This document shows, in pieces, positions 8,270 to 17,287 of a stretch of DNA of 64,000 nt. Source of the DNA: an uncultured Candidatus Saccharibacteria bacterium. GTDB lineage: Bacteria > Patescibacteriota > Minisyncoccia > Phycocordibacterales > UBA9973. Positions within the stretch are counted from its first letter, which is position 1, and each line of letters begins with the position of its first letter. The stretch is from assembly GCA_964623415.1 (NCBI GenBank), contig CAZUUH010000001.1, forward strand, positions 1,305 through 65,304, read 5' to 3'. The translations under genes were made by a program, and so were the position numbers. A model generated the notes under the pieces. It was not told where the DNA came from. It ran no database searches and saw only the letters and a list, made by a program, of their open reading frames with translations.

Positions 8270-10159
8270 ATGAGTAAAATAATTGGTATAGACTTAGGTA
8301 CAACAAATAGTGCGGTTGCAATTATAGAAGGTGGTCAGCCTAAAATAGTTGAAAATATTGAAGGTGGAAGAACGACCCCCTCAATTGTGGCTATTTCAAA
8401 AAATAGTGATAGACTTGTTGGTTTACTTGCAAAACGTCAATCTGTAACAAATCCACAGAATACAATTTATGGGATTAAAAGATTTATGGGTCATATGTAT
8501 GATGATCCTGAAATTCAAAAAAACGCAACTACTGCTCCTTTTAAAATTCAAAAAGGTAAAGATGGGGGTGTAGAAGTAAATATTGGTGATAAGTGGTATA
8601 GACCAGAAGAAATTTCTTCAATGATACTTGCTAAGATAAAAGCAGATGTTGAAGCGAAAATTGGAGAGAAAATAACAGAAGCAATAATAACTGTTCCTGC
8701 GTATTTTAATGATGCTCAAAGAAAAGCAACTAAAGACGCTGGTATGATTGCTGGTCTTGATGTTAAAAGAATAATAAATGAACCTACAGCAGCAGCTCTT
8801 GCTTATGGATTTAACAAAAAGAAAAATGAACAAATTGCGGTTTTTGATTTCGGAGGTGGAACATTTGATATTTCTGTATTAGAGGTTTCAGATGATGTTA
8901 TTGAAGTTAAATCTACTGATGGAGATTCACATATGGGTGGTCGCGATATAGATCAAAAGATAGTGAATTGGCTAGCAGGTGAATTTAAAAAAGAATCTGG
9001 TATAGATATTACAAAAGATCCTTTAGCGTTACAACGTCTTGATGAAGCAGCTGAGAAAGCTAAGATAGAGCTTTCAACAACACTAGAAACAGAGATAAAT
9101 ATTCCATTTATAACATCAGATGCTAATGGGCCAAAACATTTATTGATTAAAATGTCTCGAGCTACACTTGAGTCTCTTGCAGAAGAATACATTAATCGTT
9201 CTATTGAAATAACAAAGCGCGCAATAGAAGCATCACCATTTAAGATTGAGGATATTGATGAGCTAATAATGGTTGGTGGTCAAACAAGAATGCCAAAGAT
9301 CATAGAAGAGGTTAAGAAATTATTTGGCAAAGAACCAAATCGTTCAATTAATCCAGATGAAGTTGTAGCACTTGGTGCTGCTATACAAGGTGGTGTTCTG
9401 CAAGGTGATGTTAGGGATGTATTGCTTCTTGATGTTATACCTCTTTCCTTAGGGATAGAAACACTTGGAGGTGTTTCAACAAAATTAGTTGAGAGAAACA
9501 CAACTATTCCTACTTCTAAATCACAAGTATTTTCAACTGCTGCCGATAATCAAACTTCTGTTGAAATTCATATAACTCAAGGAGAGAGACCGATGGCTTC
9601 TGATAATAAATCACTCGGAAGATTTATTTTAGATGGAGTTCCTCCTGCACCACGTGGTATGCCACAGATAGAAGTTACTTTTGATGTTGATGCAAATGGT
9701 ATATTAAACGTTAAGGCACAAGATAAAGCATCTGGTAAAGAGCAATCAATCCGTATTGAGGCAAGTTCTGGTTTAACAGATGCAGATATTAAAAAAATGA
9801 AAGAAGAAGCAGAATTACATGCTGAAGAAGACGCAAAAAAGAAAGAACTTGTTGATCAAAAAAATACAGCAGATATGACCATCTTTAATGCAGAAAAGAC
9901 AATAAAGGATTATGGAGATAAAATTACTCCTGAATTAAAAGCATCCGTAGAGGAGAAAATTAATCTTCTTAAGAAAGCTAAGGAAGGAACAGACCCTAAA
10001 GCTATTGATATTGCTACAGAAGAATTATCTAAAGAATTATCTAAAATTGGAGAAGTTATAAATAAAAATAATCCCAATAATGATAGTAATGAAAATAAAA
10101 CTCCAGAACAACAAGAACCAGAAATAAAAGATGCAGAAGTAAAAGAAGAAGGAAAATAA
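8270..10159 (+). CDS. dnaK: Chaperone DnaK
   Basis: [43 protein letters not shown]. Confidence 0.99.
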   Translation: MSKIIGIDLGTTNSAVAIIEGGQPKIVENIEGGRTTPSIVAISKNSDRLVGLLAKRQSVTNPQNTIYGIKRFMGHMYDDPEIQKNATTAPFKIQKGKDGGVEVNIGDKWYRPEEISSMILAKIKADVEAKIGEKITEAIITVPAYFNDAQRKATKDAGMIAGLDVKRIINEPTAAALAYGFNKKKNEQIAVFDFGGGTFDISVLEVSDDVIEVKSTDGDSHMGGRDIDQKIVNWLAGEFKKESGIDITKDPLALQRLDEAAEKAKIELSTTLETEINIPFITSDANGPKHLLIKMSRATLESLAEEYINRSIEITKRAIEASPFKIEDIDELIMVGGQTRMPKIIEEVKKLFGKEPNRSINPDEVVALGAAIQGGVLQGDVRDVLLLDVIPLSLGIETLGGVSTKLVERNTTIPTSKSQVFSTAADNQTSVEIHITQGERPMASDNKSLGRFILDGVPPAPRGMPQIEVTFDVDANGILNVKAQDKASGKEQSIRIEASSGLTDADIKKMKEEAELHAEEDAKKKELVDQKNTADMTIFNAEKTIKDYGDKITPELKASVEEKINLLKKAKEGTDPKAIDIATEELSKELSKIGEVINKNNPNNDSNENKTPEQQEPEIKDAEVKEEGK

Positions 10160-10165
10160 AATTTA

Positions 10166-10215
10166 ATAGCGAGCTGTCCAACAGCTCACGGAGAGGTGTT
10201 GGACAGCTAAGCTAT
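10166..10215 (+). other. GC-rich intergenic hairpin between dnaK and dnaJ
   Basis: AGCTGTCCAACA-N13-TGTTGGACAGCT with an outer ATAGC/GCTAT stem; no T tract. Confidence 0.6.
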
Positions 10216-10225
10216 GTAGAAATTC

Positions 10226-11311
10226 ATGTCTAAAAATTATTACGAAACATTAGGAGTAGATAAAAATGCTTCAAAAGATCAAATAAAAAAAGCTTTTCAT
10301 AAACTTGCAATGAAATATCATCCCGATAAAAATAATGGTGATGATAAGAAATTCAAAGAGGTAAATGAAGCTTATCAGGTTCTTTCTGATGATCAAAAAA
10401 GAGCTCATTATGACCGATTTGGTAATGCAAATATGGGTGGTTTTGGTAATAATCAGAGTGGTTTTGGTGGATTTGAAGGTTTTGATTTTTCTGGTTTTTC
10501 GAATAATCAAGGTTTTGATATGGGTGATATTGGAGATATTTTTGGAGATATTTTTGGAGGTGGAATGGGGCGTTCTAGTCGAAGAGTAAAAAGAGGTAGA
10601 GATATTCAAACTGAAATTACTGTAAGCTTTGAAGAGTCAATCTTTGGAGTTAAAAAAACAATTTCATTAAATAGGCAATCTATTTGTGATATTTGTAATG
10701 GAAGTGGTGCAAAGATTGGAGCTAAAATGAATATCTGTAAGACCTGTGGTGGTTCTGGAAAAATTCAAGAAATAAAAAGATCAATACTCGGATCATTTTC
10801 TACTACTAGACTTTGTGATTCTTGTATGGGAACTGGTAAAATCCCATCTGAAAAATGTTCTAATTGTTCTGGAGCTGGTGTTTATAAAAAACAAGAAGAC
10901 ATAAATATTAATATACCTTCCGGTATTGATGTTGGAGAAATGATTAAGATGACTGGATATGGAGAAGGTATACAAAATGGAACATCTGGAGATTTATATA
11001 TTAAAATAAATATTAAACCTCATCATATTTTTAAAAGAGAAGGGTTGAATTTATTTATGGATCTTCCTATTAAATTATCAGATGCTCTTTTAGGCACAGT
11101 TTATGATCTTAAAACATTAGAGGGTAAAATTGTTCAAGTAAAAATTCCAGAAGGGGTTAATCATCATGAACTTCTTAGAGTTAAAGATAAAGGTGTACCA
11201 TCTAATCGAGGGAGAGGAGATATAATTATTAGAATAATTATTAAAATGCCAGTTAAACTATCACGAAAACAAAAAGAAATAATAGAAGATCTAAAAAAAG
11301 AGGGTATTTAA
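10226..11311 (+). CDS. dnaJ: Chaperone DnaJ
   Basis: HPD J-domain, G/F-rich region, four CxxCxGxG repeats. Confidence 0.98.
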   Translation: MSKNYYETLGVDKNASKDQIKKAFHKLAMKYHPDKNNGDDKKFKEVNEAYQVLSDDQKRAHYDRFGNANMGGFGNNQSGFGGFEGFDFSGFSNNQGFDMGDIGDIFGDIFGGGMGRSSRRVKRGRDIQTEITVSFEESIFGVKKTISLNRQSICDICNGSGAKIGAKMNICKTCGGSGKIQEIKRSILGSFSTTRLCDSCMGTGKIPSEKCSNCSGAGVYKKQEDININIPSGIDVGEMIKMTGYGEGIQNGTSGDLYIKINIKPHHIFKREGLNLFMDLPIKLSDALLGTVYDLKTLEGKIVQVKIPEGVNHHELLRVKDKGVPSNRGRGDIIIRIIIKMPVKLSRKQKEIIEDLKKEGI

Positions 11312-11400
11312 AATCCTTTACATATTTTACATTTTTGTTATTATTATAGATATTATTATTTTATTTCAGATGTTTGTTTAAATATCTGTATTTTAAAGAA

Positions 11401-12780
11401 ATGACTAAACGCTCAGTTGCTTCTAAAAAACTTTGGAAGCTTGGTGTTAGAGATTTTAATACTCAATATTTTGATTTTAATAAAGATGGTGATCTTATAG
11501 CAAAAGAAGGTAACAATGTCTACAATCTAAGATACTTAGCTGAAAAATTTGGCACATCGCTTGAAATTCTTTTCCCATATATAATTGAAGAGAGGGTTGA
11601 GGATTTACTTGATTTATCTGCTTCCATAATCAAAAAAATGAAATATCAGGGCAAGTTTTATTATCACTATCCAATGAAAGCAAATCAGACAAAAGAGGTT
11701 GTGATGGCTATGGTTGGTGAAGGTGCAAATATTGAAGTTTCTTCTTATAATGAACTTTATATTATAAAGAAAATGCTTGAGCAAGAATCTTTCAATGAGA
11801 GTATTCGTATTCTTTGTAATGGACCAAAAACTGATAAGTACATAAATCTAATTGATGAGCTTCAACACAGAGGGCTTAAGGTTATTCCTATAATAGAAGG
11901 ACCAAATGAATTAAAAACATTTCAATTTTCTAAATATGATGTTGGTATTAGATTAGATATTCCAATAAAATCAAAAGTAGATCCAACTAAGCAAGTTGAT
12001 AGATTTGGTTTTCCTAAACATGAAATTTTAAAAATGGAATCTTTTAAAAATTTAAAAATTCTTCATTTTAGACTTGGAAAATTAGAAAAAACTCATGATA
12101 TCCTTGAAACTGCGAAATATGCTATGGATGTATACGCTAGATTAAAAGAAAAAAATCCAAATTTGGATAGTATTGATATCGGGGGAGGAATGCCGATACC
12201 TTATGAAAGAAATAAAAAATATTCCACTGAAAAGATTTTAGAAAAACTTTTTGAAATGCTAAAAAGGGAAGCAGAAAAAAGAGAAATACCACATCCAAAT
12301 CTTATTTGTGAATGGGGTAAGTTTATGGTTGCACCAGCACAGATTACAATTTTTAAAGTTATAGATACTAAACCAATAAAGAATAAAAATATTAAAGCAA
12401 ATAAATGGTATGTTATTGATGGTAGTTTTATGAATGATCTTATTGACACATGGGGTCCACTTGAACAAAAATGGTTCGTAGCACCTCTTAGTAATAAGTT
12501 TGATAATAATCTTGAAGATGTTTGGATTTCTGGTTCTTCTTGTGATTCAGATGACATATATACAGGTATAGGTGAATCTATAACTTTACCAGATTATAAC
12601 TATGATGAAAATGAATCATTCTATATAGCATTTTTTGATACAGGTGCTTATCAAGATGCTCTTGCTTCACATCATTGTATGCTTTCATCTCCAATTAAAA
12701 TAATTGCAGAAAATGGTCATATTGTTGTTGCTCGTAAACGAGAAACACCAGAAGATGTAGGTAAAGAATTCGGTTGGTAA
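11401..12780 (+). CDS. speA: Arginine decarboxylase (alanine-racemase fold, PLP-dependent), short form
   Basis: HYPMKANQ (PLP lysine), ILCNGPK, IDIGGG, SSCDSDD, FFDTGAYQD; clustered with an agmatinase; start uncertain (11374 or 11401). Confidence 0.75.
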   Translation: MTKRSVASKKLWKLGVRDFNTQYFDFNKDGDLIAKEGNNVYNLRYLAEKFGTSLEILFPYIIEERVEDLLDLSASIIKKMKYQGKFYYHYPMKANQTKEVVMAMVGEGANIEVSSYNELYIIKKMLEQESFNESIRILCNGPKTDKYINLIDELQHRGLKVIPIIEGPNELKTFQFSKYDVGIRLDIPIKSKVDPTKQVDRFGFPKHEILKMESFKNLKILHFRLGKLEKTHDILETAKYAMDVYARLKEKNPNLDSIDIGGGMPIPYERNKKYSTEKILEKLFEMLKREAEKREIPHPNLICEWGKFMVAPAQITIFKVIDTKPIKNKNIKANKWYVIDGSFMNDLIDTWGPLEQKWFVAPLSNKFDNNLEDVWISGSSCDSDDIYTGIGESITLPDYNYDENESFYIAFFDTGAYQDALASHHCMLSSPIKIIAENGHIVVARKRETPEDVGKEFGW

Positions 12781-12783
12781 ATA

Positions 12784-13872
12784 TTATTTTATATATCCTT
12801 TTTTGACTAACAATTCAGCATTTAAGATTCCTCCTCCTGCTGCCCCACGGACAGTGTTATGTGAGAGAGTGACAAATTTATAATCAAATATATTGCAATC
12901 ACGGAGTCTTCCTATTGTAACCGACATTGCTTTATCATTTCCTCGATCTTTTTTAGGTTGAGGACGATTTTCTTCTTCTGTATAAATTATTGGATTAATA
13001 GGAGCAAATGGAAGTTTTAATTCTTGTGGTTCACCTTTGAAATTTTTCCAAATTTTTATAATTTCTTCTTTTGTAGGCTTCTTATTTTTAAATTCTATAC
13101 TTACACAAGCAAGATGTCCGTCTGAAACTGGTACACGGGTACATGTAGCAGAAATTTTTAAATCTGTTTTATCTACAAATTTTCCATTTTTAATTTCTCC
13201 AAGTATTTTTAATGGCTCTTTCTCTGTTTTTTCTTCTTCACCACAGATAAATGGGACAACATTATCTATCATATCCAAACTTGCTACCCCCGGGTACCCA
13301 GCCCCTGAAACAGCTTGAAGGGTAGTAATAAATATACTTTTTATAGGGTAGCCAGCCTTATTTAGGGCATAAATAGGGGTTAAATAGCTCTGTAAGCTAC
13401 AATTTGGCTTAACTGCTATAAAACCCTTATCAAAACCTCTATTCTTCTTTTGGGCAGGAATTATATCTGTATGTTTGCTATTTATCTCTGGTATAAGCAT
13501 AGGGATATCAGATGTCCATCTATTTGCAGAAGCATTTGATACTACAGGTAAGCCAGCTTTAGCATATTCTTCCTCAGTCTTTTTTATTAATTCTTTATCA
13601 CTTATTTCAAAAGCTGAAAAAATAAAATCACACTTCTTTTTTGCTTTTGAAACATCTACGACATCTTCTACTATTAGGCTTGCAACTTCTTTAGGAATAG
13701 GTGAAGTCATTTGCCATCTGCCACTAACTGAATCTGAATATTTTTTTCCTTGAGAATTTGCTGAAGCGGCAACATAAGTCACACGAAACCAAGGATGATT
13801 CTCAAGTAAACGTATATAATTTTGTCCGACCATCCCTGTTGCACCCAATATTCCTACTTTAATTTTTTTCAT
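12784..13872 (-). CDS. asd: Aspartate-semialdehyde dehydrogenase
   Basis: GILGATGMVGQ, KPNCS, QAVSGAGYPG, CTRVPVSDGH, HNTVRGAAG. Confidence 0.95.
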   Translation of the reverse strand: MKKIKVGILGATGMVGQNYIRLLENHPWFRVTYVAASANSQGKKYSDSVSGRWQMTSPIPKEVASLIVEDVVDVSKAKKKCDFIFSAFEISDKELIKKTEEEYAKAGLPVVSNASANRWTSDIPMLIPEINSKHTDIIPAQKKNRGFDKGFIAVKPNCSLQSYLTPIYALNKAGYPIKSIFITTLQAVSGAGYPGVASLDMIDNVVPFICGEEEKTEKEPLKILGEIKNGKFVDKTDLKISATCTRVPVSDGHLACVSIEFKNKKPTKEEIIKIWKNFKGEPQELKLPFAPINPIIYTEEENRPQPKKDRGNDKAMSVTIGRLRDCNIFDYKFVTLSHNTVRGAAGGGILNAELLVKKGYIK

Positions 13873-13876
13873 ATTA

Positions 13877-15214
13877 CTATTTTATAAATTTCTTATAAAC
13901 TGCAGACATTATTTTATTTATATTGTCTGTTTTAATAACAGCCTCAATCCTGTAACAATCTTCATAATAGAAAGCACTTATAAGTAAATCTGCGCCTTTT
14001 TTAACCAGCAAATCGTTAAAGTTACTTACATCTTTAGCAGTAAACAATCCAACAAGATAAATCATACTAGCTTGTGTATTCTTAATATTTCTGATTTCAG
14101 ATTTTAATTCTTGTATTGCTTCTTCTAACTGTCCGTTCTTATTATCTACTATGATTTGGACACTATAGTTAGTATTACTTATAAGTGTCATATTAATTTT
14201 ATATTTTTTAAAGATATTACAAGCGGGAAGTAAGATTTCATTTAATTTCTTGTTCTCATCTGTTAGGAGTATAAAATTTAAATCCTTTTTAATACTTACG
14301 ATCTTTGCCCCTTTCTTTATTTTTTTATTATCACTGATAACTGTTTTTGCCTTAGGATCTATAATCGATGCTATCTCAATAGGGGTTTTAAACATTCGGA
14401 CGTAGGGGATAGCTTTGTCGTGTATAATCTTACCAGCTTCTTCGGCTTCATAATAATTTATAAACGGTATAGTTTTAGCTTTTTGTATTATTTTTGGATC
14501 TGCAGAAAGTACACCATCTACATCTTTCCATAGGATTATTTTATGAGCCTTAAGTGCTGCTCCTATAAAACAAGCTGTCGTATCTGTACCTCCACGACCT
14601 AGTGTAGTAATCTGCCCATCTTTTGTTATACCAGTAAAACCAGGTATAACTATTACATCTTTTTCTTCTTTTAATTTATTTAAAATATTTTTAGAAGATA
14701 TATCGTATTCTATGTTTGCATTCTTGAAATTGTCATCAGTAATTATTTTTATCTCTTCAGATAAGATTTTTTTAGATTTTATTCCAGAAGAATTTAAATA
14801 ATAATTAAAGATGATTGCTGAAATTTTTTCTCCAAATGAAACTATTTTATCTTCAAGTTCATTATCTATTTTATTTAATTTATTCAAATCTTTTTGGAGA
14901 AGAGATAACACATCTTTAATCTCTTGTTTAGCTTTTTCTGCATATTCGGAGGATAAATCGATATCACTTATTATAATTTCATGTTTAGTATATAGCTCCG
15001 TAACGAAATCATTTATAGCTCCTTCATTAAAATTTTCTTTTAAATTTTCAACAAAAGAAAGTAATTTATCTGTGACTCCAGGCATCGCAGAAACTACTGC
15101 TATGGGTAAATAACCAGATTTAATTTCTTCTTCGATTCTTTTCTTTATAAAAAGGATATATTCCTTTTTCAGAATTCCTCCACCAAATTTGTTGACAATA
15201 ACTTTCTTTGACAT
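13877..15214 (-). CDS. lysC: Aspartate kinase
   Basis: KFGG, VVSAMPGVTD, SFGEKISA, TTLGRGGTD, DVDGVLSADP; divergent C-terminal ACT-like region; adjacent to asd. Confidence 0.88.
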   Translation of the reverse strand: MSKKVIVNKFGGGILKKEYILFIKKRIEEEIKSGYLPIAVVSAMPGVTDKLLSFVENLKENFNEGAINDFVTELYTKHEIIISDIDLSSEYAEKAKQEIKDVLSLLQKDLNKLNKIDNELEDKIVSFGEKISAIIFNYYLNSSGIKSKKILSEEIKIITDDNFKNANIEYDISSKNILNKLKEEKDVIVIPGFTGITKDGQITTLGRGGTDTTACFIGAALKAHKIILWKDVDGVLSADPKIIQKAKTIPFINYYEAEEAGKIIHDKAIPYVRMFKTPIEIASIIDPKAKTVISDNKKIKKGAKIVSIKKDLNFILLTDENKKLNEILLPACNIFKKYKINMTLISNTNYSVQIIVDNKNGQLEEAIQELKSEIRNIKNTQASMIYLVGLFTAKDVSNFNDLLVKKGADLLISAFYYEDCYRIEAVIKTDNINKIMSAVYKKFIK

Positions 15215-15301
15215 AGTTTTATCTCGATTATTAATAACTACTTAAGTGTATAATATTTAGCTTAAAAATCAAGGAGAATTTGGAATATTTCAAATAAACA
15301 C

Positions 15302-15347
15302 ACCACCCACAAAAGAGAATTACTCTTTACGGGTGGTTTTCTTTTTT
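15302..15347 (+). terminator. Terminator-like hairpin just left of the inverted-repeat cassette
   Basis: ACCACCC..AAAGAG-aatta-CTCTTT..GGGTGGT followed by TTTCTTTTTT. Confidence 0.55.
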
Positions 15348-15376
15348 ATTATTCCCTATATATTAAAAATCAATAC

Positions 15377-15412
15377 TGACACACTTTCTGCAGGTGCAGA
15401 GTTTGTGTCACT
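15377..15412 (+). repeat. Left copy of a perfect 36-bp inverted repeat (itself palindromic)
   Basis: TGACACACTTTCTGCAGGTGCAGAGTTTGTGTCACT, the exact reverse complement of 15915-15950. Confidence 0.97.
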
Positions 15413-15437
15413 AATGCATTTAAAGTATAATATTAAT

Positions 15438-15914
15438 ATGTCTATAGTAAGTGAAATATTAGAAGAACTTTGGAATACAGAATACAATTATAGAGGAGTA
15501 AGAGTAAATATTTTTGGTATACCTAAATTTAAAAAGTATTCACAAAGGAGTGTTCGTACGACGGTTGATCGTTTAAAGAAAAAAGGGATTATAGAAAAAG
15601 AGATTTCTGGGATAATTCTTTCAAAATATGGCAAAGAATATGTAAAAAGAAAATTCGATTCATTGAAACAATTCGAGAAACCAGAAAATATATCAAAAGA
15701 AAGAAAACTTCTTGTGATGTTTGACGTTCCTAGTGAAAGGAAAGGTGAGCGTGAGTGGCTACGTTGGCATCTAAAAAAATTTAATTATATTATGATTCAG
15801 CAAAGTGTTTGGGTTGGACCAGCTCCACTTCCAAAAGAATTCAGTAATTACCTTAAGGAAATTAAACTCGATAAATGTATTAAAACTTTTAAACTTGAAA
15901 AACCGTATAAATAA
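15438..15914 (+). CDS. PaaX-like protein (wHTH + Cas2-like domain), copy 2, enclosed by 36-bp inverted repeats
   Basis: SVRTTVDRLKKKGIIEK..IILSKYGK (wHTH); LLVMFDVPSERKGEREWLRWHLKKFNYIMIQQSVWV (Cas2/PaaX-like); TATAAT 6 nt before ATG 15438. Confidence 0.75.
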   Translation: MSIVSEILEELWNTEYNYRGVRVNIFGIPKFKKYSQRSVRTTVDRLKKKGIIEKEISGIILSKYGKEYVKRKFDSLKQFEKPENISKERKLLVMFDVPSERKGEREWLRWHLKKFNYIMIQQSVWVGPAPLPKEFSNYLKEIKLDKCIKTFKLEKPYK

Positions 15915-15950
15915 AGTGACACAAACTCTGCACCTGCAGAAAGTGTGTCA
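15915..15950 (-). repeat. Right copy of the 36-bp inverted repeat
   Basis: AGTGACACAAACTCTGCACCTGCAGAAAGTGTGTCA; starts immediately after the TAA stop. Confidence 0.97.
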
Positions 15951-16036
15951 TTTTTGTCAAATAAAATTATTCTTTAAAGGGATTACTAATCTGCAAGGAT
16001 TTTTGTATATTTTTACCATTTTGATATAATTACAAC

Positions 16037-17281
16037 ATGTCAAAAATATTAGTTATTGGTTGCGGAAATGTGGGAAGCGTAGGCTTGCACAAAATGGCTC
16101 AATTTCCGAAAGTTTTCTCCGAAATACATGTAGTAGGGAGAACTCTTTCGAAGTGTGAGGCTGTTGCCAAATCCGTCTTTAAAAGATTTAAAGTTAAATT
16201 ACATATTCATATTAGTGACGTAGGCAAGGGTGATAATTTCCTAAAATTACTTAAAGAAGTAAATCCGGAGTTGGTAGTAAACTGGGGAAGTCCTTATGAC
16301 AATCTAGTTGTTATGGATGCATGTTTGGAATATGGTGTTAGATATATTGATACAGCTTGTTATGAACATCCAGATAAATATGGTTTTTCATATAAATTAC
16401 AATTAGCTAAAAATGAAGCATATAAAAAGAAAAATCTTCTTGCTATTTTAGGTTGCGGTTTTGATCCAGGAGTTTCAAATATTTTTTCTGCTTATGCTCG
16501 TGATTATCTTTTTGATAAAATAGATACCATAGATATTTTGGATTGTAATGGTGGTTCAAAAGATGAAAGTATTAAATTTGCTCCAAACTTTGATCCAGAG
16601 ATAAATCTTCGCGAGCTTATTCTTCCTATCAAGTATTGGAAAGATGGTAAATGGCAAGAAAAAGGAAAACTTATTGATGAAGATGCTCCTTTCTTTGAAT
16701 TTAATTTTCCTGAGGCAGGGAAGTTCACCCCATACCTTATGTATCATGAAGAGCTTGAGACTATTCCAAGTCATATTCCTGGTTTAAAGAAAATTCGTTT
16801 TTGGATGACATTCTCAAAGAATTATCTTACATATCTTCGAGTCCTTTACAATGTTGGGTTAACTCGTATCGATGAGATTGATTACAATGGTAATAAAGTA
16901 ATCCCTGTAAAATTTTTGAAAGCTATCTTGCCTAAGGGAGAAGATTTTAATAGTGGATACGTGGGCAAGACAAATATTGGGAATATCATAACTGGAAAGA
17001 AGAATGGAAAGAAGAAAATGGTTTATATTTACAATGTTTGTGATCATAAAGAAGCATTTAAAGAAACTGGTGGTAATGCTATTGGCTATACAACAGCTAT
17101 TCCGACTGTTACTTGTGCAAAGCTTGTACTTGAAGGGAAATGGGGTGGAATTGGTGTTAAGAATACAGAGGATGAGTCACTTGATTCAAAAGTTTTCTTG
17201 GATGAAATGGCAAAAGTTGGGCTTACATGGCAAGTAAAGAATTTGAAAGATATCCCAGCCGCACTAAAGAAAAACTACTAA
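16037..17281 (+). CDS. Carboxy(nor)spermidine dehydrogenase (saccharopine dehydrogenase family)
   Basis: VIGCGNVG, PYDNLVVMDACL, YIDTACYE, LGCGFDPGV, IDILDCNGG, NFDPEINLRE, LMYHEELE; directly upstream of nspC. Confidence 0.9.
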   Translation: MSKILVIGCGNVGSVGLHKMAQFPKVFSEIHVVGRTLSKCEAVAKSVFKRFKVKLHIHISDVGKGDNFLKLLKEVNPELVVNWGSPYDNLVVMDACLEYGVRYIDTACYEHPDKYGFSYKLQLAKNEAYKKKNLLAILGCGFDPGVSNIFSAYARDYLFDKIDTIDILDCNGGSKDESIKFAPNFDPEINLRELILPIKYWKDGKWQEKGKLIDEDAPFFEFNFPEAGKFTPYLMYHEELETIPSHIPGLKKIRFWMTFSKNYLTYLRVLYNVGLTRIDEIDYNGNKVIPVKFLKAILPKGEDFNSGYVGKTNIGNIITGKKNGKKKMVYIYNVCDHKEAFKETGGNAIGYTTAIPTVTCAKLVLEGKWGGIGVKNTEDESLDSKVFLDEMAKVGLTWQVKNLKDIPAALKKNY

Positions 17282-17287
17282 AAAACA

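Noticed and set aside
10430-10570. Short repeats in dnaJ (GGAGATATTTTT twice, GGTTTT runs)
   Set aside because: They encode the normal G/F-rich linker with its DIF motifs.
15333-15437. N-terminal extension of the 193-aa ORF in the track
   Set aside because: It runs through the terminator and the left repeat. ATG 15438, 6 nt after TATAAT, fits the start pattern seen throughout the window.
15377-15950. CRISPR array plus cas2 (36-bp palindromic repeat next to a Cas2-like gene)
   Set aside because: There are only two copies, they are inverted rather than direct, they are separated by a 502-bp gene-containing segment, and there is no cas1 or effector gene in the window.
15377-15950. Classical insertion sequence
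   Set aside because: The enclosed protein has no DDE, HUH or serine/tyrosine recombinase motif that I can see, and there is no flanking direct repeat. Kept as an unexplained cassette instead.
16037-17281. Lysine biosynthesis via saccharopine dehydrogenase
   Set aside because: The motifs and adjacency to nspC and agmatinase point to carboxyspermidine dehydrogenase.
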